Source of the DNA: Azolla caroliniana | Taxonomy: Eukaryota > Plantae > Polypodiophyta | DNA length: 64,000 nucleotides | Direction of reading: 5' to 3' | Assembly: GCA_043228905.1 (NCBI GenBank) | Contig: JBHGNT010000005.1 | Location: 7,068,001-7,132,000 of the forward strand | Part shown: in pieces, positions 1-13,100 of the stretch | How the letters are laid out: the number at the start of each line of letters is the position of its first letter | How positions within the stretch are numbered: position 1 is the stretch's first letter | The notes under the pieces: generated by a model | The model's input: the letters and a program-made list of their open reading frames with translations, nothing else | Databases searched by the model: none | What the model was told of the DNA's origin: nothing | Made by a program: the position numbers and the translations under genes

Positions 1-388
1 CGACGTTCAAATTAGTGTTTCTCTTGTGGGTCAAGGACATGAAATCCAACATTGACAAATGCAAACTTCAACTCGAGCATGGGCACTGTCCCCATAGCTC
101 CTTGATTGTTTGCATCACACTAGTTGCATCTATCAACACATGTCTCAAATTTATGTGGAGTTTCCACAAAGAGACTCTTTGGAAAGGATGACGTCTAACA
201 TATACATACAAGCATAAGTCAATGAGTAATTCCTTCCGCAAGGAGTCTCTACGGAGAGGATGAATTCAATCACCAAGGCTGACAAAGCTATGAGCACCTC
301 CTATTTGTGAATAGTAACGTTTGATTTTGGTTAGGTCTATGAGTAATGTCTGCCCTTGGGGTGCATTATAGAACCGACTCTCCAATAG

Positions 389-685
389 GATGCAATCAAG
401 TGCCAATAACATTGTAAATGAACAAGAAACTTCTTCGCGAATGATGATGCTAACCATTGACAACATTGTGACTGAACAAGTTGAAGTATCCTCTTCTCAA
501 ATGATGCAATCAAGTGTCAACAACATCTTAATTGAACAAGCAACCTCTCATTGAAGGAGGCAATCGAGTATATTTAACATCGTAAGGGAAGAAAATGCAT
601 CTCTTCAAAGGATACAATCAAGTGGCAACAACATCCTCATGAGATGAGTAACCTCTCTCCCAAAAATGTAATCTAATGTCAAATG
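389..685 (+). repeat. Degenerate ~54-57 bp tandem repeat (5-6 units) with residual 18-19 aa coding periodicity
   Basis: Units start near 389, 445, 502, 558, 611 and 666 and share ATGCAATCAAGTG.CAACAACAT...GAACAAG. They translate as MQSSANNIVNEQETSSRM, MQSSVNNILIEQATSH*, IQSSGNNILMR*, with stops. Confidence 0.6.
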
Positions 686-2306
686 TTGTAACATGAGCAT
701 ATTTCCTAGATAAATAGTAAAGGAAATGCAAAAGAAAAACCAAAAGCAAACATAATTTTATTGCAAAAAGAGAACCAAGTTGTTACTCTTTCTCCATCTC
801 AAAGAAATAAACTCCAAAAATGTAATCAATCTTTGTTGGATGCTTGACTCCAAGATTGTTGAATTCTCTAATGCATGTCCCCTAGCATATATTTCTTCAA
901 ATGCCAAAAAATCACAAAGAGAAACATCTATAGTATAGATTATTCAGCTTCAAGATCACGTAACATTGACGTTTCTTTGACAAAATTGGGAATGAATAAG
1001 ATAGTGACAAATAGTTGCTACCTTCAAAGTGTGGACACTTACATTAGAAAACAAAATAAGACATGACATTGCAAGCAAAGGGCAAAAAGACGTATCAATG
1101 ATTAACCACTAGAAACCCATTCGAGGGAGTGAAAAATGAGTAATGTTCACAAGAATTGTAAAAAATGTGTGAACTTCATAAAGAGAGAATGATTGAAGTT
1201 GAAGGGTGATAGATTATTGTGTGAGTTGCTTCTCTTTTCAAAAGTTCTCAACTTACTTTTGAGACAAGGCTCTTAAAAGCAATAGATTGCATCTATCTTT
1301 AAGCACTTATTCACTTGAATTCAAATATCTTAATATGAAATTTCTACTTAGCAAGTCCATCTTAATTCCATAAATACCTCTCCTCTGTTGAAATACCACA
1401 ATTGCTTACAAGAGCTAATTACATCGATGCAATTGTGGTAATTCAACTGAAAAAAGGTATAATTTTGGACGAATACATAACATTGTGGATCATTGTGGTC
1501 ACCGGAAGATCCATTGCCATGATCACAAACTAGTTGGACAACATTGTCTTATAGCAATGTATTGGATTCAAGTATATCTCTTACATGAAGAGGATCAAAA
1601 TTGTGTATCATGTTTAAATCCATTTGCACACCTATACATTCATGGACATAGTCTAGCAATGTCTTGCAATGATAATGCCCGAAAGGGATTCACTATATCT
1701 AAATCTATTTTATAACTTGCATTCAAAGTTTTCACTAGGTAAAATGACTCTATAATTTGCATTCAAAGTTTTCATTGAATTGCCTCCACTTTGTATATGA
1801 TACCCTTGCTTGTGTAAATAATAAAATTGCATAAAAAAAACACCATATGTTGAACACAAATGAAAGTTTGCATATACTTAATAATGATAGGCAACAATTG
1901 GATTTGTTGGTTTAGTAAACTGACATGATAAAGTTCTACATATTTCATTGTGGCTGACATGATCTGATTTGGTGGGTCTTAATTTGTAACTACTAGGGGA
2001 ATGGTATGCTAATTAGAGCTACTAGGAATCGTATGTTGTCTTCACTAATTATTTGCATTGTTAAGCTTTCTTGGAAACCAAGTCTCAAGATACAATTGGA
2101 TGCAAAACCTAGACTCTCGTATGTCTCACCTTAGCATTGTTACGATTTTTTAAGTGAAAGACTTCGAAAAATGCATCTAGGGGTACCTTTATTTTGTCAA
2201 ATGCTCGATTACTTTGTTATTTTCATCATATGATAAGTTTTACATGGTACTTGAGCAATTTATACAATTTCTTTTTCAAGGGTTAATTGTGAGCATTAGG
2301 TGAGAC

Positions 2307-3042
2307 TAGGAATTGGCAAAGGCTTGGCTCAAGCCTAAATCGAACCGTTTACCATTTAAAACGGTTTGGCAGTTCAGTGTAAACGGTTCGGTTTAGGCTT
2401 GAGGTTTCTTAACCGGTTTGAGCTTAATTTGGGATGGCTCAAGTTGAACCAAACCGATTAAGGCCTAACTAGCTTGGCTAAACAGGTTTAGCCTTAATTG
2501 ATTAAAGACCTGGTTTGGAAACACCCAAATTGGTTAAGGCTTTGCGGCATAGTTGTTAAAAAATGCGTATTCTACGTTTAGAGTACGTTTTAGAATACTC
2601 TGAAGTATTCTACACGTATTCTACATTTTAGAACTGCCGTTTTTTAAAATTTGACGTATTCTACGTATTTAACAAGTATTTATCATTTCAAAAAAAAAAA
2701 ATCTTTTTTTGAAAAAAAAAACTTTAAATTTTAAGAAGTATTTTACGTATTTTACAAGTATTCTGCACATATTCTAAGTATTCTACACGTATTCTAAGTA
2801 TTTTACGTATTTAACGTACTTTATCTATAAAATACGTATTCAACAATGCTTCGCGGTTTGGTGCGTCCGTGACGGTTTGAATCCCTTCCAATTGGAAGCA
2901 TCACTCGTCTTCGTCATCGACACTACTTTGCATGGTCTCTTCATCATCTATAATTCCGCCCTCTTCATCGTCATTGAACCGATTTATAGTTTGGACAAGG
3001 CCAAACCGGTTAAAGCCGAAACCAAATAGTTGCCGATACCTA
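2307..3042. mobile_element. Non-autonomous hAT-type element (MITE), interrupted by a second MITE
   Basis: TIRs TAGGAATTGGCAA and TTGCCGATACCTA. 8-bp TSD GGTGAGAC (2299-2306) / GGTGAGAT (3043-3050). Many subterminal AAACCG/CGGTTT motifs. Confidence 0.85.
2548..2848. mobile_element. hAT-type MITE nested in the 2307-3042 element
   Basis: Imperfect TIRs CATAGTTGTT and TTCAACAATG. 8-bp TSD CTTTGCGG (2540-2547) / CTTCGCGG (2849-2856). Internal (C/A)GTATTCTA repeats. Confidence 0.8.
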
Positions 3043-3636
3043 GGTGAGATAAAAAAAATGAAGGTATTGATTTCCTTGTCATTAAGTGCTTAACGATATG
3101 CTATTAAATTGGATCCAAGCTACCAATTAAATATGTTAAGCGTATTTGCTTGTATGATAAAAAACGTTTGGGTGTGGGAGTGCTTGTCTACATACCGTTT
3201 ATTCAAGTTATATAAAGTTTGGGAGACATTCACATGTCCATTATTGTTCAAGGTACCACACTTTCCTTTTTAATGCTATTTTAGAAAGAATTTGATCAAC
3301 ATGAAACCATGTTTGTATTCCTGTGTGTGTGTTTAGTATTAAGAAATCTACTCATCATAATGTTTCCTTTAGTAGTTCCAAAAAATATTTAATCATATGT
3401 GTGTGTTTTTTACTAGTTATCTAACAATCTCAAGAAAATTCAAAGCATATACTTGGTACACTAAGTATATGAAAATTGATGGTACATCTACACAAATAAA
3501 CTCTATAAATAACAATCAACATTTTATAGACCAGAGCCCATACGGAGCCCATACATAGACATGTCCATACACACACATGTAAATATATGTGTGCATCTCA
3601 AAAGGTGACTTATGAATATCGCAATTTTTAACTTTA

Positions 3637-3921
3637 AGGAAAAGTACCAGGATACCCCTGAAAGTTCCAAATTTACCAAAGTACCCCTATGTCCAAAAAA
3701 TTGCACTTTATATAAAGTATTTATACACTCAAATCCACAAGCCCTATTGACCAAAGATGGAAGAAAGGGACCCAAACTAGCCCTATTTACCAAAGATTTG
3801 AGTGTATAATTACTTTATAAAGGGTCATTTTTTGGACATAGAGGTAGTTTGATAAATTTGAAACTTCCAGGGGCATTTTGATAAATAAACGACCTTCCAG
3901 GGGTATCATGATACTTTTCCC
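3637..3921. mobile_element. Foldback / Mutator-like MITE with long TIRs
   Basis: Arm of ~100 bp AGGAAAAGTACCAGGATACCCCTG...TATACACTCAAATC is mirrored by GATTTGAGTGTATA...CAGGGGTATCATGATACTTTTCCC. No clean TSD seen. It sits among three copies of TCTCAAAAGG..CTTATGAAT (near 3596, 3937, 4027). Confidence 0.65.
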
Positions 3922-4405
3922 TATTTTATATGTGGTCTCAAAAGGTTGCTTATGAATATCGCAATTTTTAACTTCATATTTTCCATGAGAACCACTACCT
4001 ACGTATACACATGTACATATATGTGATCTCAAAAGGTGGCTTATGAATTGTAATTTTTAATTTCATCTTTTCCATGAGAGTCAAGAGTGATACAAATCAA
4101 CATCTACAGGCACAACTCCCTTCATACAAATTGCCCATTATAAAGCACAATGGTGAACACAATTGTTCCTCAACAACCGTACATTTAAGATAATCCATAT
4201 TACCACCTAGACTTCATCTCTCATAGCAAGAGAGTTTCCATTATGTTATAACTTATATATATACACATGACAAGCATCATCCCTCATAGCAAGAGATTTT
4301 TTTCATTATGCTATATATATATGTATATACATGAAGGAAGATTCCTATGGCTGGCTCTCACAAAATGTACATAAATATTGGACAAAATACTATATCCAAC
4401 AATCT

Positions 4406-6141
4406 TCACATACATGCCACATGATTAGGGAGGCGAAATGAGGGAACCGCATGTAGGGGCGCTTTACGAGGGTTGATCATGCCAAACATCTCCCTCATAT
4501 CCACAACACCATCCCGAAGCTCCCATTCGAAGCAATGGGCAAGGCTAGCCACACTCAGCTCCAACACGCCCAATGCCAAGCCCATCCCCGGGCACATTCT
4601 CCGGCCACTTCCAAATGGCAAAAGCTCAAAGTGTTGTCCGCGAACATCTACATCCGCCTTCGGACCCGCCAGAAACCTCTCCGGGAGAAACTTGTCGGGA
4701 TCTTGCCACGTCGCGGGGTCATTCCCGATCGCCCAAGCATTCACCAACATCCTTGTTCCCAACGGAATCTGGTACAATGGCTGGTTCTTGCCATCACTTG
4801 ATGATGGCACTTGCAGTTCACAAGCTTCTATTGATGCGTGCGGTAGCAACAATGGCAATGCCGGATGCTTGCGGAGTGTCTCGTTCACAGTTGCCTTGGT
4901 GTATGGGAGATCGGGAAGATCGGCCATCTCCACCATCCTTTCCTTCCCCACTACATGATCTACTTCCTCTTGGATTTTCTCGAGCACGCGGGGATTCGCC
5001 AAAATCTCAGCCATCGCCCAATCCAGCGTTGTGAAAGTCGTGTCGATTCCGGCCCCGATCAATTCCTGCAATGTGCTTAAAAAGGAGTTTTAAAAAATAA
5101 AATAATATCAGGATTGACAATTTGGAGAACCTTCACTACCTCATATTTTAAATTTCCTAAATAACAAATTTTGATGCATACCGTCATCATTGCTTTGATC
5201 TTGTCTCTACTCAATGGAGGTTCTTGGCATGCCAAGAGGACGTCCAATATGTCCCTCGGAGGTGTCTCCTTTCCTGAATCTGGGTGTCTCCCGGCCATAT
5301 TGATTTCTACTTCTGCCTCTCGTTTCGAGAGGATGGCATCCATGACGGCGTCGAAGCAAGAGAACCATTGATCCATGGCCTGTTTGGTCAAGTAATCGAG
5401 AAAGCCAAGGAAGGGAACGAAATCGGTGACTAGACGAGCCCCGAAGAGACACGCGCCCTCGCGGACGAGATGTGCGAGGTTCAACTCCTGCTTCCGGCCG
5501 ATGCCGCCAGTTACCACATTCGCAATCACGTTAATGTCGGACGCACGTTGGCGGAAGATTATGCGGCAAGTGATGCTCTCCATGAGAGAGGAGAAGTTGG
5601 CCGTAAGGTTTACGGGAACTCGTTCCCCCGAGGAGATGGTGCTAGAGTAGTGGAGGCGATGGACGAGGCGCCGGACCTCGTCGACAACGACAGGGAAATG
5701 GAGCTCTTGGATACGACGAGTGTTTAGGACGTGAGTAGCGTAGACTTTGCGCGTGAAGCGCCAATCGGGGCCGTAGGTGGAGGTGAATGCGGCCTTGTCG
5801 CCCCCATAGAAGAGGCGTCTAGAGACTTCGCTTGGCGGCCGGCCCGCAAAAGACTTGTCGTGGGATTGGAAGACATTGCGTGCGAGGCTGGGGCTAGAGA
5901 CGATGATAGTTGGGGAGGTGCCAAGGCGGAGGAAGAGGACGGGTCCGTAACATCGGGCGAGTTGGGCGAGGTACCGATGCGAAAACGGGGATGTTATGAG
6001 ATGGAGGAGGTTCCCGAGGAGGGGTAACGGGATCGGCCCGGGCGGCAGCTTCCTTGACCGGACCAACCACCCCACCCATTGGCCTAGTAGTGCCCCAAGG
6101 GTGATGAGTGTGAGTGTCACAACAATGAGCACAAGGGACAT
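4406..6141 (-). CDS. Cytochrome P450, CYP71 clan (A-type), 2 exons, ~539 aa
   Basis: Exons 6141-5182 and 5065-4406, joined by a phase-0 116-bp GT-AG intron at the conserved A-type position just before the I-helix. Motifs: N-terminal anchor, LPPGP hinge, AGIDTT, ETLR, PERF, FGSGRRMCPG heme motif. Confidence 0.95.
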
Positions 6142-6697
6142 ATTGCTCTTGCAAAGAATTACAATGTCCTATGGTCATCCTATTATGTTTTTCTAGGCTT
6201 TTTATACCACACACACACCGCATTGATGAAATGAAGTTGTAAACACATACATTTGTCTCACCAATGCGTATATACATACTAAAAGCATCAAGACATACTA
6301 AAAGAACAACATAACAAAGGTTGGACTTACATGTCACTTCATTGCAAGGTATCGTGTCGTATGAATCAAAATAGAGCCCATTTTCATAACCTCAAGGATC
6401 AAACATAGTATGGCATGGGATGATAGGTTTGCTTGGTATAACTTTCCTAAAGATGTGTGTTTACTTATTCATGCACCTCTACACCATTTTAGGTAGTTCA
6501 GGAATTACATATGTGTTCAAAGTATTGGTATTTACTATTTACTTTTTCATGCACCTTGCACCAATTACGGTAGTTAAGTATTTAGATATGTATGTGTCCA
6601 ATAACTCAAACTAATGGATAAAACACCCTTGCTAATGGATAAACCCCCCTTAGTAATTAATAGTAATGTATTAAGTACAAAAGTGGAGTCACAATTG

Positions 6698-7064
6698 ATG
6701 GAATAGAATATCCTATCAACTCACCACAAAATCAATCGTTCTAGATACATCGTATGGACCTATGCAAATGATGAACACAATGCCCTCTCAACCTATAAAT
6801 CCTTAAATCCTCTGGCATGGAATAGAATATCCTATTGACTCACCACAAAGTCAATCATGGTTCCCATCACATCCCTTATCTCTAGATACATCGTTATGGA
6901 CCTATGCAGATGACGAACACAATGCCTTCTCAACATATAAATACTTAATTCCTCCTGCATGGAATAGAATATCCTATTGACTCACCACAAAGTCAATCGT
7001 GGTTCCCATCACCTCCCTTATTCTAGATACATCATTATGGACCTATGCAAATGACGAACACAAT
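6698..7064. repeat. Tandem repeat, 3 units of ~120-140 bp, upstream of the P450
   Basis: Units at 6698, 6817 and 6959 start ATGGAATAGAATATCCTAT..ACTCACCACAAA and contain CTAGATACATC..TATGGACCTATGCA.ATGA.GAACACAAT. Confidence 0.9.
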
Positions 7065-8784
7065 TCGTCTTGCGTCAACCACCTCGAAGTCCATTAAATG
7101 TGTCTTTGAATCCCATCTTCATGAGCATATAAAGCAAAGGCATTCTGCATATGCTAATCATATCGTAATCTCCAATACGTTAGACATCAAAAGGCTATCC
7201 CTAAATGTGGAGGCATTCTTGACTCCACGTGACCAAACACCCCCATTGAAAAGGAAATTTTGACACTGCACTCCACTTACAAAAGAATGCATTGCAGATA
7301 TAGGTTTCCAAACAATCTTTGGCACTAGACAAATGCAAAATCGATGTTAGCGATGTTCCTTTGAAACCATGCAAAACAAACACATTTGAAAATCAATATT
7401 TCATCAAGCAGCTCGTAACGGTAATCCACCTACCATGACCCTCCAAAAACTCCTTGACTTCTCTCTCTCTCTAAAGGTATGTAATGGAAACCTAATGGTG
7501 GTCAAATATCACTCACTTCTCACATACTCACCATGAAGGGTGAGCACACATGTGCATGCATTATTTTCACACAAAGAATTTTACTGTACAATAGTAACCT
7601 CCATTCTTAGGAAGGAGAGTCATACAAGAAGATATGTTTATTTGGTCATATAGGTCATATTTGGCCTCCTGTGAACGAAAAATAAAAAACTATTCTATTC
7701 TCTCTCTACATTCACTAACTTATCAGATTCAACAGTAAAGAATGTGGCATGAATGACAAATATTTTAACTTCATTTTTTGCAACAAGACCCCAACAAGAA
7801 TAATGAGATAACATATTCACAATGGTGTCATTAGTGCACAAAGGTATAGCATACGTTGCGACACTAAGCTATTGTCATTCACATAGTCATCCCTACTTGA
7901 TTATGCTTGGTTTGTGCAATAAGTGCATTGTTCAAGCGAAGGCGTTTGAGAAAGGACATCACTGAAGGTACCATTGCCATCTTCCCATGTGATATGGACG
8001 ATACGAATGTATTTGGAAATCGAGAATAATAAAGCGTTCAACTAATAGTTGAATAGTAAAGCTTCACGTCTATTTTTTGTGGTTATTTTGCAACTTGCAA
8101 GGTACAAAGATTGAAAATTTCTTTGTATATGGCAAACCAGTATAACCAAAAATGAAAATGAAGGAAGAGAAAGGTCATCAACATTCGGGTGTTTTTACAT
8201 GTCGTCAAGAAGAATAATAAATGGTATTCAAGTTCAAGCTATTAAGGGCCTATGCCAAGAAACAATGTTGTATTGAAAAAGGAGATAAGGGACAATAATT
8301 CTATTACAAACAAGCAAAACAAAAGCGACACAATCACACTGAAGACTGACATTGAACCATAATGGGTTGACAATATTGAGATATTGCATGTATGTAATAT
8401 TTCTAATCTTATGCATGCTCACCATATAGCCAAGATATATGCTTAACAGTCGGTGATCAAGCATAAATATCACACAATGTGTTAGGATAACTATAATGCA
8501 AATGTCACAATAGTGTGAACATCTACAATTCTAGATATGAATTGTCCATGTTCAAGTACCTTGAAACATGCACCATTTTTATTGTTGATGACACCTTACT
8601 ATCCGGCAAGGGTCAACCTCTAAAGTATCTTATAAGGAATTAGCTCAAAAAATGCGGTAAGTTAGCAAAAAAATCTAGGTATTTCAATTTACTTAACAAG
8701 GCTCATCTTGAGCTAACCAAGTCACATCATTCAATGGAAGTTTGATAAGATTATATCAATTGAAGCCCAACAAGTTAAAACAAT

Positions 8785-8815
<31 letters not shown>

Positions 8816-9359
8816 GTTGGAGACAAATGTCAATATTGCCAATAAGCAAAGCTTGAAGTACCAATGTTAAAGGTTGTTTTTTAATGGATTTAAAGGTAGA
8901 CTAAGTTGAGAATAGGAACTACATGTCATGCTAATTGGTAGAAAGAGTTGCGTGTTCTTAAATCTAACTTCCCCAAGTTGATTTGTCACGACAAGAGTCG
9001 AATGTTTTGAAAATGTGGAGTATGTTTTGGGTGTGGCCTTAAGGGCTAGCATAGCATGAAAGGCTAATTTTAGTGGATTCAAGGGTACTATAATGCGGAC
9101 ATCCACGTTATCCAAAAAATTTGGGACAACATATAAGGAAGGACCTAGGACATGTCCCAACATGTGGTGACCTAGCAGGGGGGAAGGAATTTCACTATAT
9201 AAAGGAAGAGTTGCCCACAAACTCTCAAAAGAGACGCAATTGGTGGAAAGGGGCCTCTTAATACGAGCATTAAGGGAGTGATCGATACAAGCGAAGTGGG
9301 GCCCCCAAATGCTTGATGTTGATCTCCATGCGCTCGCTCGCTGTCTGTGTCGGGGATGG

Positions 9360-9530
9360 TGCATGTATACATGCATACAAACAAATACATGTGTAGTATA
9401 TACATATGTATACATGTACATACATGTACTCAAATACAAGTGTCTATATATACATATGTATGTTATACATGTACATGTATATATACATAGATACATACAT
9501 ATGTACATATACATATACATGTACATAAAT
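9360..9530. repeat. Compound TA/CA low-complexity microsatellite
   Basis: Run of TACA/TATA/CATG units. It explains the spurious M/Y/C/I-rich ORFs in the track. Confidence 0.85.
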
Positions 9531-10110
9531 GAGTGAGTGTGTTTTTCTCGTTTAATTGTTGTTGAAGGTGTTTTTTTTGTTTTAGTGTTGTTTTTTTTCA
9601 AGTTTTGCTTTGCGCCTCCGATTTGGATTTTTGTGTGTAATTTTCCTTTGTTTACTCGCACAGACAGAAAGACAGACAGACAGACAGACAGCGGGCGCGT
9701 CTTCTTCTTCTTCATCTTCTCCCTGCTTCCTTCCTGCCGTCTTTTTTCCTCCTACGGCGACGAACGCTCCACTGCTGCCATGGCGGATCACCATCATAAC
9801 TGCTCAAATGAGGTAACGCAATTTCGATCACGTAGCTCTCTCCCTCTCATTATATTATAATCTCTTCGCCTTGGAAAGCTTGGGCCACAGAACAATGCAC
9901 AGGATTTAAGTACGCTATTACAGTCTCTAATCTTTGGAACTTTAAATATGTACGCCTGCATCAGTTAGCCATGGAAACGTTGAAGTGAAGAAGAATACGA
10001 ACACGAAGATTGTTAGAGCTACAGATAGTAAAAAAATAATAATAATAATAAAAAGCGCAAAAAATAACTGGTCCCAATGATGATGAACGCAGAAAGCATT
10101 CCATTACTCT

Positions 10111-13100
10111 ATGCTACCTTCTCACTACAGTTCAAAACTCACTGTAAGAAGCTTTAATGGAACCTTTGAACTTGGTAAGTGCACTAAACTGAGAAAAAAA
10201 CACAATGCTTCTTCCGATAGTTTTGTAGCTATGGAACCTCCAGCAAAGAAAAAGAAGAAATTCTTGAGTACGTTGGAACTGAAAGACCTTCCATACAATA
10301 ATGGATCCCTTCCAGACCAATTTCAAGGGAAACAAACGAAAACAAAGAAAAGGAAGTATTGTATAAGCTCTAATGGAAGCTCTTGTGGTGATTCTATTCC
10401 ACAAGCTAAGGATGCTAAGGTGAGGAAGCTTATGATCAAGAGCCAATGCTATGGTTCTACTTTGGTTTCTGATCACAGTTTTCAGCCCAAAGTTTCATTA
10501 ACAAAAAGCCATGGATTTCCATCCAGCTTAGTTATCAAGAAGGAAGATTATCCTCAGAAATTGTTTAAATTACCAAGAACGATGACAGAAAACTATGATA
10601 AGAAAGAGGCAGATATTGTCTCGAAAATGGGTTTTTCGGATGATGTTATTCCTCATCAAAGTGTGGCAGCTGAGTTTGGATTGCAGAGAAGAAACGAAAA
10701 ATTCTCTTCTTTGGATGTTCTGGTTCAAGCAGCTTCGGGATTTGAAGCGCAGCTTAGAAACCATGAATTAGAGGAAACAGATGACATAAGATATGCGTCA
10801 GAGAAGAAGAAGAATGTTCAAATCATCAAAGACAATTCAAATCTTAATTTCGAATGTACTAAAACATGTACTAAACCCTCAGAAATCAATGGAGATGATG
10901 TTGAAGATGATGATATGATAGCTATAAGGAAGCTTCTACAGGAATTTCCAGAAGCTCCTCTAGTTCAGAGTAGAAGAGGAAGAACACAAACATTACCTTC
11001 TCGGTTCCGTGACTCTGTTTTGGAAGAGCATTGGAAGAAACCAAGAAAACAATCTACACAGAATGCGAAGCCTTCAGAGAAGGTGATGATTGTAAAACAT
11101 AAACTATCACCAATGGTGCAGAGTAAAAGGAACAATTCTATCAATCTTCAGCCACATGAAAACATAATTGCGACTTCTCGTAATAAAAAATTTAAAGAAG
11201 ATAAGGTCAATCATGCATTTATTGAGTTGCGTGGTGTAAACAGTGAACAAAACAAGTTACCCAACGCAAAGAAAATTGTATTTGATGGTGCAAAGGAAAT
11301 GCATTTATCAGCCACCATGGATGTGCAAGATGCTCACAAGCCATCATCTACAGTGGATGGTGATCAAAAGGCAGTTATTGATACTAGTATATTGGATTTC
11401 GATGCTAAGACGAAGAAGATATCTACAGGTGTTTTAGTATCTCAAAGAGAACCTTCAAAGAAGTTTCCCAGGAAAAACAATAGTGTATCCACGATGAGGC
11501 AGCAGGGTAGCAAGATAACTTCTGGTTCAGAAGCAATGCAAGAGAAGAATGCCAGTTTGCAACATGTAGCGAATCCTGCCATTGGTGACATTGTCTGGGT
11601 GAAGCTAGAAACTGCAAATGGTTTCATATGGCCTGCAAAAGTTGTTGATCCAACAAAAGATGTTCCCGAATCAATACTCAATGCAAGAAACCCGTTCCGG
11701 TTATGTGTGATGTTTTATGGGGCAACAAGTAGAGAGGAGGTAGATTGTGTGTCTGTATTTAATGAAGGAACAGAACTCTGAAATGTGAGTTTTTCTGCAT
11801 TTCCCTAGATGCCTTTGAGTTTTTGTTATTTCACCAGATATCCTTGATCAACCCCAGAAACAGCAGTTGTATGTGCGATTTTAGAAATTATGTGGTCAAC
11901 TTGTTCCTGTTTTACTCTCTTTCAGGGGTTTATTAGGGCATTTGGGAAATGAAAAATGAAAACTCAGAGGCAACTAGAGAAATAGAGAAAACTCAGATAT
12001 TTTTGAGTTTTTTTTATTTGTGAATTTCAGTATATTATCTAAAATTTGTGTTTTGTCTAAACAGGCTTATGCCTGGGTCAAACGGAGCATGGTCTTTCCT
12101 TTCATAGAAAATTTGGACAGGTGACTGAAATATAAACCAGGCCTTCATTTATTAGCATTTTGCCTCTCTGTAAGACCCAGTCTATTGCTTTTTGAAACCC
12201 CCCTAGCTTGAAATGCTCAAAACTAGGAAGAAGTCTCGTATTCAGATTAGATTAATATTTTGTGCTCCTATTTTAATCTATCAGACTTATAATTCATCCC
12301 AACATTATTTGTAGCTTATAGCTAAATTTTCTTCTTCCATGGTTAATTCATTACAATGTTTGCTAGTAAGTGGGAATGCATTTGATTGTGCTTTGCAAAT
12401 AGCGTCCTTTTTAGTTACTTTTTGTTTTTGTTGTTGACCAAAGTGGGTGACTATTACAGATTCAAAGGACAAAAAAGCAGCAGACCAATTGCATTCAAAC
12501 TAGCAATCGAGGAAGCAATACTGGAAGAATTCGGCATTGAGCAATGTCAATATATCTCACAATCTCAGCTACCTTCAAAGAATTGGAAAAATATTTGTAA
12601 ACCTATAGATGTTATTAGCCAATCAGATTTGCGCACTCCTAGTGAGCAGTTGCAAAAGGTTGGTATGTTTTTTAATATACTACTGTAAAACTTGAAGTTA
12701 GTGGGAACTGCAAGGTGTAGGAATGGTAAAGAAAGTACTGCCTTGCATGATATTTATCTAGTTGATGATTTTGGTCATTTTCATGACATGAAGTGAGTAA
12801 CCATGTAGAAAGGAAGAATGGAAACTGTTTTGTTCTTCGTTTGTTGATATGATATTTGTATGCCTCTTATTTCATATAGATTCTTCAGATATGTTACTAC
12901 GGTTTTATGTATCTGAATGACATTGAATGGTGTATTAGGACACATGGAACAAAGAAAATGTACGCTGTGTTGTTTCTAAAGTCGCACATGAAGAAACTTC
13001 AAGAAGTCATATTGTGGCGGGGTAAGACCCAAATAACTCACATAGAAACTGTTCTACGAAGGGATAGGATTGTTTTTAAGCTGGGACATGGTTTAGCATT

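Noticed and set aside
4473-6337. Multiple overlapping and antisense ORFs over the P450, and likewise over the AZG, At5g52430-like and ABC1K exons
   Set aside because: Shadow ORFs of GC-rich coding sequence with no motifs of their own.
6698-7064. CRISPR-like appearance of this array and of those at 32320-32950 and 58726-58962
   Set aside because: Whole units are duplicated with no unique spacers, the context is eukaryotic, and there are no cas genes.
9780-9812. Possible first coding exon MADHHHNCSNE|GTAACG of the ATX gene
   Set aside because: Its phase-0 end does not fit the obvious acceptor at 10130, which needs phase 2. It may be a uORF or use another acceptor, so it was left out of the model.
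8867-9860. 282-aa minus-strand ORF and overlapping ORFs
   Set aside because: They run through TA/CA, GACA and CTT microsatellites in the ATX promoter and 5' region. The composition is a repeat artefact with no domain.
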